Counted from the first letter of the stretch, positions 1-8,188 are shown. The stretch: DNA of 37,500 nt from Patescibacteria group bacterium (GCA_041648955.1 JBAZOD010000002.1:1-37500); one strand, 5' to 3'. Numbers and translations are program-made. Notes: generated from the letters alone by a model not told the origin.

Positions 1-38
1 CTAAGGATTCAATAGTTGAGAAAACTATTTTTATTTTT

Positions 39-112
39 GGAGCGGTAGCTCAGTTGGTTAGAGCGCTGCCCTGTCACGGCAGAGGTCGCGGGTCCGAGTC
101 CCGTCCGCTCCG
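39..112 (+). tRNA. tRNA-Asp (anticodon GTC)
   Basis: Cloverleaf read by hand. Acceptor GGAGCGG/CCGCTCC, D-arm GCTC/GAGC, anticodon stem CTGCC/GGCAG with loop CTGTCAC (GTC), T-stem GCGGG/CCCGT, discriminator G. Near-identical in layout to classical bacterial tRNA-Asp. CCA is not encoded (G-CAG follows). Confidence 0.9.
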
Positions 113-1747
113 CAGTAATAATAAATTAGGGGTAGCAACCCCTTTTTTATTTTTATCTTCGCCGAAATCTTGGGTTATAGTGATAGCTTTTTGTTGATTA
201 TAAGAAATTAGAAATTTATATGGGCTTTCTTCTGTATTTATTAATGTTTTCGCTCTTAATATAGGGTTATAGTAAACAAATTTAAAATAGTCTCTTTTCT
301 CTTCTGGTGAAGCATTTTTAAATTTATCTACTAAATTACGATTAAAGTCTACATAGTTTGAACACAAATTAAACCAACCTTGATTTTGACTTTCTCTATC
401 TCCAATTTTTTCTCTAATTAAAGCTTGGTCTTGTAAAATTTTCCTCTTAAAATCTATAAATTGGTCATCAGATAATAATTCTCCATTTTTATTTTCAGGG
501 GATATTTTAAAATTTAATAAATTATCTAGTCTCGTCCCACATCTGTTTAGTTCTAATTGTTGCTGTTTCATTATTGAATCTCTATTTTTTATTTCTTGTT
601 CGTTTAATTTATTAATTTCTTCCATAGCTAAATTATAAAAGTCCTCATCAATTGAAACCTTTTTTAACCCCTCAATGATTTGCTCCTCAAGCACATCCTC
701 TCTTATATATAATTGTCCCGTGCATTTCATACAACGATAATAAGGATGCCCCTTTGAAGTTAATGCTGATATATTTCCCCCACAAACCCCGCATTTCAGT
801 AAATTTGAATATGTATAAAATCTCTTTTTTCCTATAGGTCGGCTGTGTTCTTTAAGAACTTGCTGAACGCGATAAAATAGTTCCTTGTTCACAATCGGGT
901 CGTGCCTAGTTTCGTCTGGAAGTTCTTCTGGCTCTATTATTACACCTTTCCAAAAAATCGCTCCACGATAAAATGGATTAGTTAATATTCTATAAATAGT
1001 TGCTTTACTTAATTTTTTTTTGCTCCTACCTCCTGTTAATCCCATTTCATAAGTTGTATCTCGTAATTTTTCAAGGGCGTATCTGCCAGTGGCAAAAAGT
1101 TTATATAATTCTAATACTATTGGAGCTAACAAAGGGTCAACCTCAATCCTTTTCAGTTTATTTTTTGAACATAAGATTTTTTGTTTTTCAAAAGTGTATT
1201 GTTTTCCCGATATCTTTTCGTTTTTATCAATATTTAAATAACCAACACAGGCATACCCAGGATATTCTCCTTTTCTAAGTTTTGATTTTATATCTCTTTT
1301 TACATATTCTGAAGTATCGTCAGAACTTTTCTTTTGCATAGCAAATTGAAGAGCGAGCAAAAATTCTTGCCCAGAATTTTTTCTATAAACTTCATTTGGA
1401 GTTCTAATTTCTTTAATAACACCATCTTTTAACATATCAATAATGATTCCTCCGTCTGTCATATTTCTCGCCAACCTTGATAAATGATAAACAAATATGG
1501 CGTTTGCTTTGCCTTTACGGATTAAATTTATCATTTTATTAAATTCTGGTCTTCCTGGCGAATAAGCACTCCTTGCTTCTTCAAACTCAGCGACAATATT
1601 TAAACCATTTGCTTTAGCATATTTAGAATTTTCAACTTTTTGTGCGGGCAAACTTAAAATTTGCCTATCCTCGGCTTCTGATGATTTTCTCCTATATTCT
1701 ACAAAAAACAATATTTCTGGTGTTAAATTTTCTTCTAATGTTAGCAT
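74..1747 (-). CDS. Large serine recombinase / integrase (resolvase catalytic domain, recombinase domain, zinc ribbon, coiled coil)
   Basis: N-terminal YRRKSSE...LSLPAQ serine-recombinase signature and VYHLSRLARN. Central recombinase-domain region. CGVCGG...YYRCMKC zinc ribbon followed by a long charged helical segment. The last roughly 20 codons run antisense across the tRNA gene. Confidence 0.9.
   Translation of the reverse strand: MLTLEENLTPEILFFVEYRRKSSEAEDRQILSLPAQKVENSKYAKANGLNIVAEFEEARSAYSPGRPEFNKMINLIRKGKANAIFVYHLSRLARNMTDGGIIIDMLKDGVIKEIRTPNEVYRKNSGQEFLLALQFAMQKKSSDDTSEYVKRDIKSKLRKGEYPGYACVGYLNIDKNEKISGKQYTFEKQKILCSKNKLKRIEVDPLLAPIVLELYKLFATGRYALEKLRDTTYEMGLTGGRSKKKLSKATIYRILTNPFYRGAIFWKGVIIEPEELPDETRHDPIVNKELFYRVQQVLKEHSRPIGKKRFYTYSNLLKCGVCGGNISALTSKGHPYYRCMKCTGQLYIREDVLEEQIIEGLKKVSIDEDFYNLAMEEINKLNEQEIKNRDSIMKQQQLELNRCGTRLDNLLNFKISPENKNGELLSDDQFIDFKRKILQDQALIREKIGDRESQNQGWFNLCSNYVDFNRNLVDKFKNASPEEKRDYFKFVYYNPILRAKTLINTEESPYKFLISYNQQKAITITQDFGEDKNKKGVATPNLLLLRSGRDSDPRPLP
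107..116 (+). repeat. Proximal copy of island direct repeat (attL-like core) inside the tRNA-Asp acceptor 3' strand
   Basis: cgctccgcag is identical to 15714-15723. Confidence 0.6.
128..148 (+). terminator. Short hairpin plus T-run downstream of tRNA-Asp
   Basis: aggggt-agca-acccct followed by tttttt. It lies inside the 3' tail of the antisense recombinase ORF. Confidence 0.4.
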
Positions 1748-1785
1748 ATAATATTATTATAGCGTATTCGTATGATATTATAAAT

Positions 1786-1932
1786 CTATAAGCTATTTAA
1801 TTTCTTTGGACTAGTATTTATTACTTGAATTAACATTGAAAACTTATCAAAAGCCTCCTGCTCGGTAAGTTTAATTGAGTATTTTTTTTCGTATAGTTCT
1901 ATAAATTTTTTTAGATTTTGCTCGGATATCAT
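1786..1932 (-). CDS. Small hypothetical protein (48 aa), hand-translated and below the ORF-track cutoff
   Basis: ATG at 1932 and TAG at 1786-1788. Translates to MISEQNLKKFIELYEKKYSIKLTEQEAFDKFSMLIQVINTSPKKLNSL. It sits immediately upstream of the integrase on the same strand. No recognisable motif. Confidence 0.3.
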   Translation of the reverse strand: MISEQNLKKFIELYEKKYSIKLTEQEAFDKFSMLIQVINTSPKKLNSL

Positions 1933-2003
1933 TTTACCAAAATAAAAAATAGTCTTATAAGACTATTGTAATATATTGGCGTTTATCTAAATTTAGCTAA
2001 CTG

Positions 2004-2744
2004 TTATCTAACTATATTATTATGATATTTCTCATTGATTTTAATCATTTTCATACTAAGCATTAAAAAATCCCTAACCCTTGCCTCTATCGCAATAGCT
2101 AGATTAATTTCACGACCAGCAGTATAAAATTTACTTATTCTCCCATTTCTTTTATCAATTTCTTCTCCCCAATCTTCAAAAATTTCATCATTATTCCAGT
2201 CATCTTTTGGTTTTTTGAATAAGGTATTTAACAAATCAGCTTGCATCTGTGCTCTGCTGAAATCAATTTCAGCCCCTTTAAAATATAGAATTTTAGTTTT
2301 GCCATTATAGCTTATTTTATCCTGATTATTAAATTTTATTTTTTCGCTGACTTGCTTTATTTTTTCTTTGCCAACAGAAAATTTCAATAACCTATCTCTG
2401 TATCCTTCTAATTTTTCAAAGTCAGGTTTTACTACTATATAACTATTATTTAGAAATTCCCGTTTTTCCTCTTCGGACAAAGGAGTTCCCTTTTCTTCGT
2501 CAATTACAATTTCACCCTCTCCCATAACAAAATCAAAATATTCTATTGCAGAACCAAAGCTCAACAATTTTTTATATTCTAAAAATTTTAAAATATTTAC
2601 AGCCTCTTCCTTGGTAACCCCTTCCTCGGTAAAATAATATTTTGTAATTAAAATTTTATCCCACTCATCTTCTAGGGTTGGATTTTCTTGAAATAAAATA
2701 TAGTCAATAATTTTTATGAGTTTTTCTTTTCTTTTTTCTTGCAT
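2004..2744 (-). CDS. Hypothetical protein (246 aa)
   Basis: Long uninterrupted ORF with non-repetitive composition, divergent from the HTH/methylase operon. No motif recognised. Confidence 0.6.
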   Translation of the reverse strand: MQEKRKEKLIKIIDYILFQENPTLEDEWDKILITKYYFTEEGVTKEEAVNILKFLEYKKLLSFGSAIEYFDFVMGEGEIVIDEEKGTPLSEEEKREFLNNSYIVVKPDFEKLEGYRDRLLKFSVGKEKIKQVSEKIKFNNQDKISYNGKTKILYFKGAEIDFSRAQMQADLLNTLFKKPKDDWNNDEIFEDWGEEIDKRNGRISKFYTAGREINLAIAIEARVRDFLMLSMKMIKINEKYHNNIVR

Positions 2745-2762
2745 ACTTATGTCATTATTTGG

Positions 2763-2791
2763 TTGACCCTATCTATATAATATTATATAAT
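2763..2791 (+). promoter_or_regulatory. Sigma70-like promoter for the HTH-methyltransferase operon
   Basis: TTGACC (2763-2768), 17 bp spacer, TATAAT (2786-2791). A perfect 2 x 10 bp tandem atataatatt (2775-2794) overlaps the -10 and may be an operator. Confidence 0.45.
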
Positions 2792-2821
2792 ATTATTGAG
2801 GTTTGTTGAAGTGCAAATTTT

Positions 2822-3010
2822 ATGCCAAATTCTAACAAAATACTATTAAATATAAACGAAGTAGCCGAACTTTTAGGTGTTCACCCTGAAACTTTAAGGC
2901 GTTGGGACAATGAGGGCAAACTAAAAGCTATTAGGATTGGTGATTTTGGACATAGAAAATACAGGAAAGAGGATATTGATAATTTACTTAATAATCACAA
3001 AAATGATTAA
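2822..3010 (+). CDS. Excisionase/MerR-type helix-turn-helix DNA-binding protein (62 aa)
   Basis: LNINEVAELLGVHPETLRRWDNEGKLKAIRIG...RKYRKEDIDNLL matches the excisionase-family HTH pattern. Its stop overlaps the downstream methylase start (ATGATTAA at 3003-3010). Confidence 0.8.
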   Translation: MPNSNKILLNINEVAELLGVHPETLRRWDNEGKLKAIRIGDFGHRKYRKEDIDNLLNNHKND

Positions 3011-3695
3011 TAACTGGATTAATACAATTCAAAATATTGATTGTTTAGATGGTTTTAAAAAATTATCTGATAATTCCGTTGATTTAATTTTAACTGACCC
3101 GCCTTATGGAATTAGCAGAGAGTTAAATTGTAAAAATCAGCGTTTAGGCACAACGGCTAAGTTAAATTTTCATTTTGGCGAATGGGATAAATTTAATAAA
3201 CTATGGTTTGATATTGCCGTTAAAAAAACAAAGGGCTGGATTATTAGTTTTTGTGCAAAAAAAGATATAGGTTTTTATTGGGATATATTGGAAAAAAATG
3301 ATTTTAAAGCTATTGATGTAATTGTTTGGCAAAAACCAGACCCAATTCCTTTAAACGGAAAAACTAAATTGCTTAATGCTTGGGAAGCCGCGATTATCGG
3401 CAAGAAAGCGGGAGCTCATTTCACCGGCAAATGCCGGCATAATATTTTTAAATATCAGGCACCAAAGGGCAAAAGTAGAATTCACCCGACCCAAAAACCA
3501 GTTGGTTTAATTGAGGATATAATATTACTAACTACTAAAAAGGGCGATATTGTTTTAGACCCATTTATGGGAAGCGGCACAACTGCCGTGGCTTGCATTA
3601 AAACAGGAAGAAATTATATAGGTTTTGAAATTGATAAAAAATATCACCGAGAATCTTTAAAAAGAATAAAGGAAACTCCTACGCCCTTGCTATAG
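3003..3695 (+). CDS. DNA methyltransferase, beta-class N6-adenine/N4-cytosine (M1)
   Basis: Motif IV LILTDPPYG is N-terminal, HPTQKP is present, and motif I FMGSGTT is C-terminal. That motif order indicates the beta group. The start is chosen at the ATG overlapping the HTH stop; the ORF track extends upstream to 2937. Confidence 0.9.
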   Translation: MINNWINTIQNIDCLDGFKKLSDNSVDLILTDPPYGISRELNCKNQRLGTTAKLNFHFGEWDKFNKLWFDIAVKKTKGWIISFCAKKDIGFYWDILEKNDFKAIDVIVWQKPDPIPLNGKTKLLNAWEAAIIGKKAGAHFTGKCRHNIFKYQAPKGKSRIHPTQKPVGLIEDIILLTTKKGDIVLDPFMGSGTTAVACIKTGRNYIGFEIDKKYHRESLKRIKETPTPLL

Positions 3696-4670
3696 TTTAA
3701 AAATGAGCTTAGCTTTTATCTTTTTTAAGTCGCCGTTAGATAGACTTGCTTGTAGACGCCTTAAAATTTTACCTTGTTCTTTAAATCGTCTTTTCTTGGC
3801 ATTTAGTTTTTGCTTTAACCGCTTGATAGTTTTAAGCGAGTCGGCTTCGTAGATTATTTTAATTTCAAAAGCGTCTTTGTCTACCACGGCTAAAATGATT
3901 TTATGGTCGCCTTTATATTTATTTAAAACATTTTTGGAAATATCCTGAAAATTCCAGTTATAATTTTTAGCCACTTTATACTCGTAATATCTGCCCTGTT
4001 TATCAACTGCGTCGTGGCCTAATTGTTCTGATAACACTCTATGCCCCAAAATTAATGAAACCAGTATTTCCCAAAATTTATTACTTGTCAGAACTTCATT
4101 GGTGCCAGTTATTTTTTCTATCTGTTTAGCTATTTTATATATTTCATCAAGCCATTTATAATATTTACCCTGTTTGCAGTTGCAATTATTATATGATTTC
4201 TGAATACCTAAATTTTTCTCAATTTGTTTAGAGCTGACATTAATCATTTTTCTGGCATTTTTAATTGGTTTGGTTTTTTCCGTTAGATAATCAGAAATAA
4301 TTTTTCCTGGCACATCATAATACCAATCAAATTTTGGAAAATTACCCGAATCGTCAATGTGAGCAAAAATTACCGCTTCTGCGTCATTTAACTTTTTTAT
4401 GGTAGTATCAGTATAGTCATTAAATGTCCAAGTGTGGTTAGAACTGTTTTCCTTATAATGTTTGTATTCATATTCGCCACCTTGTTGATTTTTAGCGTCC
4501 CTAGAGCCAGAATGCCCTGGAATTAAAAGGTGATTTAAATCATTGGCAATGACGATTTCAAATATTTTGGAATTTGATATGATATCAGTAACCCCGAATT
4601 TATTAAAAAAGTCGTCCTGAATTGCTTTAAGACGCTTTATAAAAATAGTTATATCTTCTTGTTTAGCCAT
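3690..4670 (-). CDS. Candidate type II restriction endonuclease with internally duplicated PD-(D/E)XK-like module
   Basis: Sandwiched between two methyltransferase genes. Two homologous halves align: SKIFEIVIANDLNHLLIPGHSGSRDAKNQQGGEYEYK...WTFND...VIFAHID and NKFWEILVSLILGHRVLSEQLGHDAVDKQGRYYEYK...WNFQD...IILAVVD. Each half carries a D...E-Y-K pattern. Confidence 0.6.
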   Translation of the reverse strand: MAKQEDITIFIKRLKAIQDDFFNKFGVTDIISNSKIFEIVIANDLNHLLIPGHSGSRDAKNQQGGEYEYKHYKENSSNHTWTFNDYTDTTIKKLNDAEAVIFAHIDDSGNFPKFDWYYDVPGKIISDYLTEKTKPIKNARKMINVSSKQIEKNLGIQKSYNNCNCKQGKYYKWLDEIYKIAKQIEKITGTNEVLTSNKFWEILVSLILGHRVLSEQLGHDAVDKQGRYYEYKVAKNYNWNFQDISKNVLNKYKGDHKIILAVVDKDAFEIKIIYEADSLKTIKRLKQKLNAKKRRFKEQGKILRRLQASLSNGDLKKIKAKLIFKL

Positions 4671-4681
4671 ATTTATAATAT

Positions 4682-5605
4682 ATGCCAGATAAATCTATTA
4701 TCACCATATCAAACAAATTTAATAAAATCAACGATTATAACTTAATTTGCGAGGATACTTTTAAGGTTTTACCGCAAATTCCTGATAATTTTGCCGACCA
4801 TTGCATTACCGACCCGCCCTATAATATTTCTGGTTATGATTTTAAAAAGGAAATTGGCTGGTTAAAATCAAACAAATATTGGAGCGAGCAGAAAAACTTT
4901 AAAAAAATTGAAGAGGACTGGGATAAATTTTCTAATGGCGATTATGAAAAATTTACTAAATTATGGTTAGATGAAATTTTCAGAATAGTTAAGCCAAACG
5001 GAAATATTATTATTTTTGGCAGTTACCATAATATTTATAAAATTGGTTATCTTTTGCAGAAAGACCATAAGAAAATTATTAATTCCGTAGTCTGGTTTAA
5101 ACGTAATGCTTTTCCAAATATAACCCAACGGATGCTTTGCGAAAGCACAGAACATATTATCTGGGCGGTTAATGAAACGGACGATAAGGCTAAAAATTGG
5201 ACTTTCAACTACGAAGAATTAAAAAAATATAATACGGTTAAAGAGTGTGGCAAATGCAAAAAAATTATTGATGCCGAAAATAAATATTGTCCTAATTGTG
5301 GAAATAATATTTTTAAAACCAAAAAATTACAATTAAGGAACTTATGGGATATTCCGTCAACGCCAGCAGGGGAAAGAAAACACGGAAAACATCCATCGCA
5401 AAAACCTATCCAAGTATTAGAAAGATTAATTGTTGGCGGAACGAAGAAAGATGAAATAATAATTGACCCCTTTGCTGGAAGTGGCACGACTGCTTTAGTA
5501 ACAAAAAATTTAGGTAGAAAATTTGTTGCCATTGATAACGACAAAAATTACTGTAAAATAATTTTAAATAGATTAAAAGACGGTTATCAGGAAAATATGA
5601 TTTAA
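4682..5605 (+). CDS. DNA methyltransferase, beta-class N6-adenine/N4-cytosine, with zinc-ribbon insertion (M2)
   Basis: CITDPPYNI (motif IV), HPSQKP, FAGSGTT (motif I). There is an inserted CGKC...CPNCG four-cysteine segment. The start codon is only 11 bp from the divergent endonuclease start. Confidence 0.9.
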   Translation: MPDKSIITISNKFNKINDYNLICEDTFKVLPQIPDNFADHCITDPPYNISGYDFKKEIGWLKSNKYWSEQKNFKKIEEDWDKFSNGDYEKFTKLWLDEIFRIVKPNGNIIIFGSYHNIYKIGYLLQKDHKKIINSVVWFKRNAFPNITQRMLCESTEHIIWAVNETDDKAKNWTFNYEELKKYNTVKECGKCKKIIDAENKYCPNCGNNIFKTKKLQLRNLWDIPSTPAGERKHGKHPSQKPIQVLERLIVGGTKKDEIIIDPFAGSGTTALVTKNLGRKFVAIDNDKNYCKIILNRLKDGYQENMI

Positions 5606-5629
5606 AAGCAGAAAATTTAAATTTAATGA

Positions 5630-5658
5630 TTGATTTTTTACAGTTTTTATGCTAATAT
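5630..5658 (+). promoter_or_regulatory. Sigma70-like promoter with extended -10
   Basis: TTGATT (5630-5635), 17 bp spacer, tgc-TAATAT (5653-5658). Confidence 0.4.
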
Positions 5659-5664
5659 TAAGAT

Positions 5665-5812
5665 AGTATTTAACAATTTATGGTCTAAACCTTAAATTTA
5701 TTTAAGGCATGGCCAAAAGTCCTAGACAGCAGAGATGGTCTTCTGACCAGTTTTAAGCTGTCTAGGCGTATATCCGAAAGGATATATTTAACTGCGTTGG
5801 AAGACCTTTTTT
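5665..5812 (+). ncRNA. Candidate structured leader or small RNA upstream of 5851..6204
   Basis: Hairpins: ccttaaa/tttaagg (5690-5707). A perfect 10-bp stem cctagacagc/gctgtctagg (5721-5730 / 5757-5766) encloses tggtc/gacca. atatcc-GAAA-ggatat (5768-5787). ggtcttc (5737-5743) can alternatively pair with gaagacc (5800-5806), which is followed by T6. Confidence 0.3.
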
Positions 5813-5850
5813 GTATTGAAAATTATCAATTATTTTTAACTCTTGAATTT

Positions 5851-6204
5851 ATGGCGACAATTAATGTATTGGCAGGAAATATAAAAAAGGGTAAATGGCA
5901 TTTTTATGGTTTTTTTGGCTCTACCGTAATGAATAGAGATTTTGGCGAAGATATTGAGTTAAGTAAATATAATGTTAAAAGTATTGAGATGATTAACGAG
6001 GAAAAAAGAAAAAAATTAGCAGGCACGGCTGGTTGGGGGCTTGTTGGAGCAGTAGCGTTAGGGCCGTTGGGAGCTATCGGCGGTATGCTTTTAGGCGGTA
6101 ATAAAAAAGAGGTTATTTTTACTTGCGAGTTAGAAGATGGCAGAAAATTTATGGCTTCAACTGACTCTAAGACTTGGATAAAAATACAATCAGCTAATTT
6201 TTAA
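5851..6204 (+). CDS. Hypothetical protein with glycine-zipper membrane segment
   Basis: ATG at 5851; the track start at 5797 is a TTG inside the structured leader. Contains AGTAGWGLVGAVALGPLGAIGGMLLGG, a glycine-zipper-like hydrophobic stretch. Confidence 0.55.
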   Translation: MATINVLAGNIKKGKWHFYGFFGSTVMNRDFGEDIELSKYNVKSIEMINEEKRKKLAGTAGWGLVGAVALGPLGAIGGMLLGGNKKEVIFTCELEDGRKFMASTDSKTWIKIQSANF

Positions 6205-6222
6205 GAAAATAAATCTAAAATT

Positions 6223-6645
6223 ATGTCTAAGACAAACAGCGACAAGGAAAATAATCAATCCAAAAATGATTTAAACGACAACGGGGAAGAACAAAAAAGT
6301 ATTACTCAATGGCAAACATCACTTTCAAAACAATTTAAGATTATTTTAATATTCTTTTTATTTGTAGCCTTAATTCTTGTCATATCTAATTATCATATTG
6401 TTTTAGACGCGACTGATTTAACTAAACCAATAATTTTTATTGAACGACCTTACTGGGGATTTTCTGATATGATTAGTAGTGTAAAAACTTGCACCGAAGC
6501 TCCCAGATATAGCGTGATGATAAATCACCCGTCCCTATGTAAAGCCTTGCAGAATGCTGGATACTTAGAAAGCGAGGAGGCGGGGATTAAAAGAATAGAG
6601 GCTGAAACTATGCAGAAATTGCAATTGTATAAATTGCTACAATAA
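6223..6645 (+). CDS. Hypothetical single-pass membrane protein (140 aa)
   Basis: Polar N-terminus followed by the hydrophobic helix IILIFFLFVALILVISNYHIV. No motif recognised. Confidence 0.55.
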   Translation: MSKTNSDKENNQSKNDLNDNGEEQKSITQWQTSLSKQFKIILIFFLFVALILVISNYHIVLDATDLTKPIIFIERPYWGFSDMISSVKTCTEAPRYSVMINHPSLCKALQNAGYLESEEAGIKRIEAETMQKLQLYKLLQ

Positions 6646-6690
6646 AGTGATTGGATTGTTTATGCTATAATAAAAGTGTAAGAAAAAAGT

Positions 6691-7662
6691 ATGGAAATAA
6701 GAAAAACTATTGAACTATTGGCTGTTTTTTCTATCGCACTTTTGTTGTTGACTGGATGCGAGGCGACAAACAATTCGCAGGGTAATAATCAAAACGCTAA
6801 CGTAGTGGCGAGTTCTTCTGATAATAATAAACAGGAAGAACCAAAGGCGAAAGAACAAAAACCAGTAGGGCAAGGAAAAAAACAAATAGAAAAGCAAGCA
6901 ACTCAAAAGACCGATACTAAAACAAAAAGTGAAGCTGAAAATAGTATAAGCCAAACAAAAACTGTGGCTGATAATATTTTAAGCGACACAAAAAATAACA
7001 GCGAAGAAATAAAATATTATAAAGTTATTAAAGTAGTGGACGGCGATACAATTGCCGTTGACATTGACGGGGTTAGCGAAACTTTGCGGTTGATTGGTAT
7101 AAATACTCCTGAAACAGTAGACCCCAGAAAACCTGTTGAATGTTTTGGCGTTGAAGCGAGTAATAAAGCTAAAGAATTATTAAGCGGTAAGTCGGTAGCT
7201 TTAGAAAAAGACAACAGCCAAGATGAAAGAGATAAATATGGCAGGCTTTTAAGATATATAAGGACAAAAGAGGGTTTATTCTATAATTTAGAAATTATCA
7301 AACAAGGCTATGCCTATGAATATACTTATGATGTTCCGTATAAATATCAAAGCGAGTTTAAGGAAGCTGAAAATTACGCCCGCACTAAAAAATTAGGTTT
7401 ATGGGCTGACGGGACTTGCCCAGCAAAAATAGATAGCTCTGCTACCGCTCCTGTTGCCCCTGAAATAAAACCAACAGAAACTATAGTTAAGCCGCCCGAA
7501 ACAAAATCACAATGCGAATGTTCATCTAATAAATATAATTGCCCTGATTTTAAAACTCAGGCCGAAGCTCAGGCTTTATGTGAATGGTGTGGCGGAACCA
7601 GTAATGACATCCACAGATTAGACAGCGATAAAGACGGAAAGGTTTGTGAATCATTGCCATAG
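6691..7662 (+). CDS. Secreted lipoprotein thermonuclease (staphylococcal-nuclease fold) with C-terminal Excalibur calcium-binding domain
   Basis: Lipobox LLLLTGC. SNase-like VVDGDTIAV...LRLIGINTPE...ECFG...GRLLRYI...GYAYEY...GLW. C-terminal CPDF...DSDKDGKVCE is an Excalibur DxDxDG motif. Confidence 0.85.
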   Translation: MEIRKTIELLAVFSIALLLLTGCEATNNSQGNNQNANVVASSSDNNKQEEPKAKEQKPVGQGKKQIEKQATQKTDTKTKSEAENSISQTKTVADNILSDTKNNSEEIKYYKVIKVVDGDTIAVDIDGVSETLRLIGINTPETVDPRKPVECFGVEASNKAKELLSGKSVALEKDNSQDERDKYGRLLRYIRTKEGLFYNLEIIKQGYAYEYTYDVPYKYQSEFKEAENYARTKKLGLWADGTCPAKIDSSATAPVAPEIKPTETIVKPPETKSQCECSSNKYNCPDFKTQAEAQALCEWCGGTSNDIHRLDSDKDGKVCESLP

Positions 7663-7761
7663 TTATTTATCATTTATAAAAAACGGGCAAAAAATCTTTT
7701 TCACCCCCTGCTGTAGCAAGGTTGCCATTTAAGATTTTTAAAAGTGGAAGTGTGTATTTTC

Positions 7762-7809
7762 ATAGGGGGGTGGGGTAGGACGATTACTATCGGCTATAAC
7801 TTCAATATT
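7762..7809 (+). repeat. Site S1: recombination-site-like repeat with core ggctataact (7792-7801)
   Basis: The 40 nt ending at the core match 29/40 ungapped with 9531-9570 (S2). The 9-mer ttcaatatt follows the core; the same 9-mer precedes the core at S3. Confidence 0.5.
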
Positions 7810-8188
7810 ATTAGTTTTAAGTAAAAGCCAGCACTACTTATAGGGTGTGTGGCTTTTTTATTAGCTTGTTTTGACCACCCTAAAGTGTAGATTTAATCTA
7901 ACATCAGATAAAAAAGTGGATAACTCGGTTGATTTACGAAATTGCCTGTTTATTAGCCTTTCATTTCCATTTTTATCTGTCGTTCGTTTTTTATTAGGGT
8001 ATGCTTTTAGCTCACTGCCCCTAATTACTACTCACTCCATAGCACCTATTCCTCGGTAAAATTCAGGGCGTAGCAAGTGTTTTGTCATAGACAAGTGGAA
8101 TGATATATCTGCGGGGGATGTGCTGTATACAGGGCTTTAAACATTAAGTTTTAATACCTAAATTAATGCTAATATTAGTTAAATTTAC

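Noticed and set aside
1000-1278. 92-aa plus-strand ORF
   Set aside because: It is antisense to the large serine recombinase gene and gives a hydrophobic low-information translation typical of AT-rich antisense frames. The same reasoning applies to 4967..5155, 5209..5544, 6715..6954, 7017..7214, 9638..9829, 10208..10423, 10974..11201, 11731..11931, 15785..16006, 16812..17021, 19137..19325, 19345..19629, 19806..20024, 20265..20633, 20300..20536, 22240..22422, 23210..23395, 23400..23585, 23575..23853, 24106..24315, 24915..25175, 28456..28656, 30917..31195, 30922..31119, 32456..32644, 33369..33671, 33650..33853 and 33811..33999.
5797-5850. Upstream TTG start for the glycine-zipper protein (track ORF 5797..6204)
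   Set aside because: The first 18 codons overlap the terminator-like gaagacc-T6 structure and begin at a non-ATG codon. The ATG at 5851 is preferred.
7871-8059. 62-aa ORF in the long non-coding region
   Set aside because: It starts at TTG with no ribosome-binding site, its composition is unremarkable and it has no motif. It is treated as chance within an ORF-free regulatory or RNA region.
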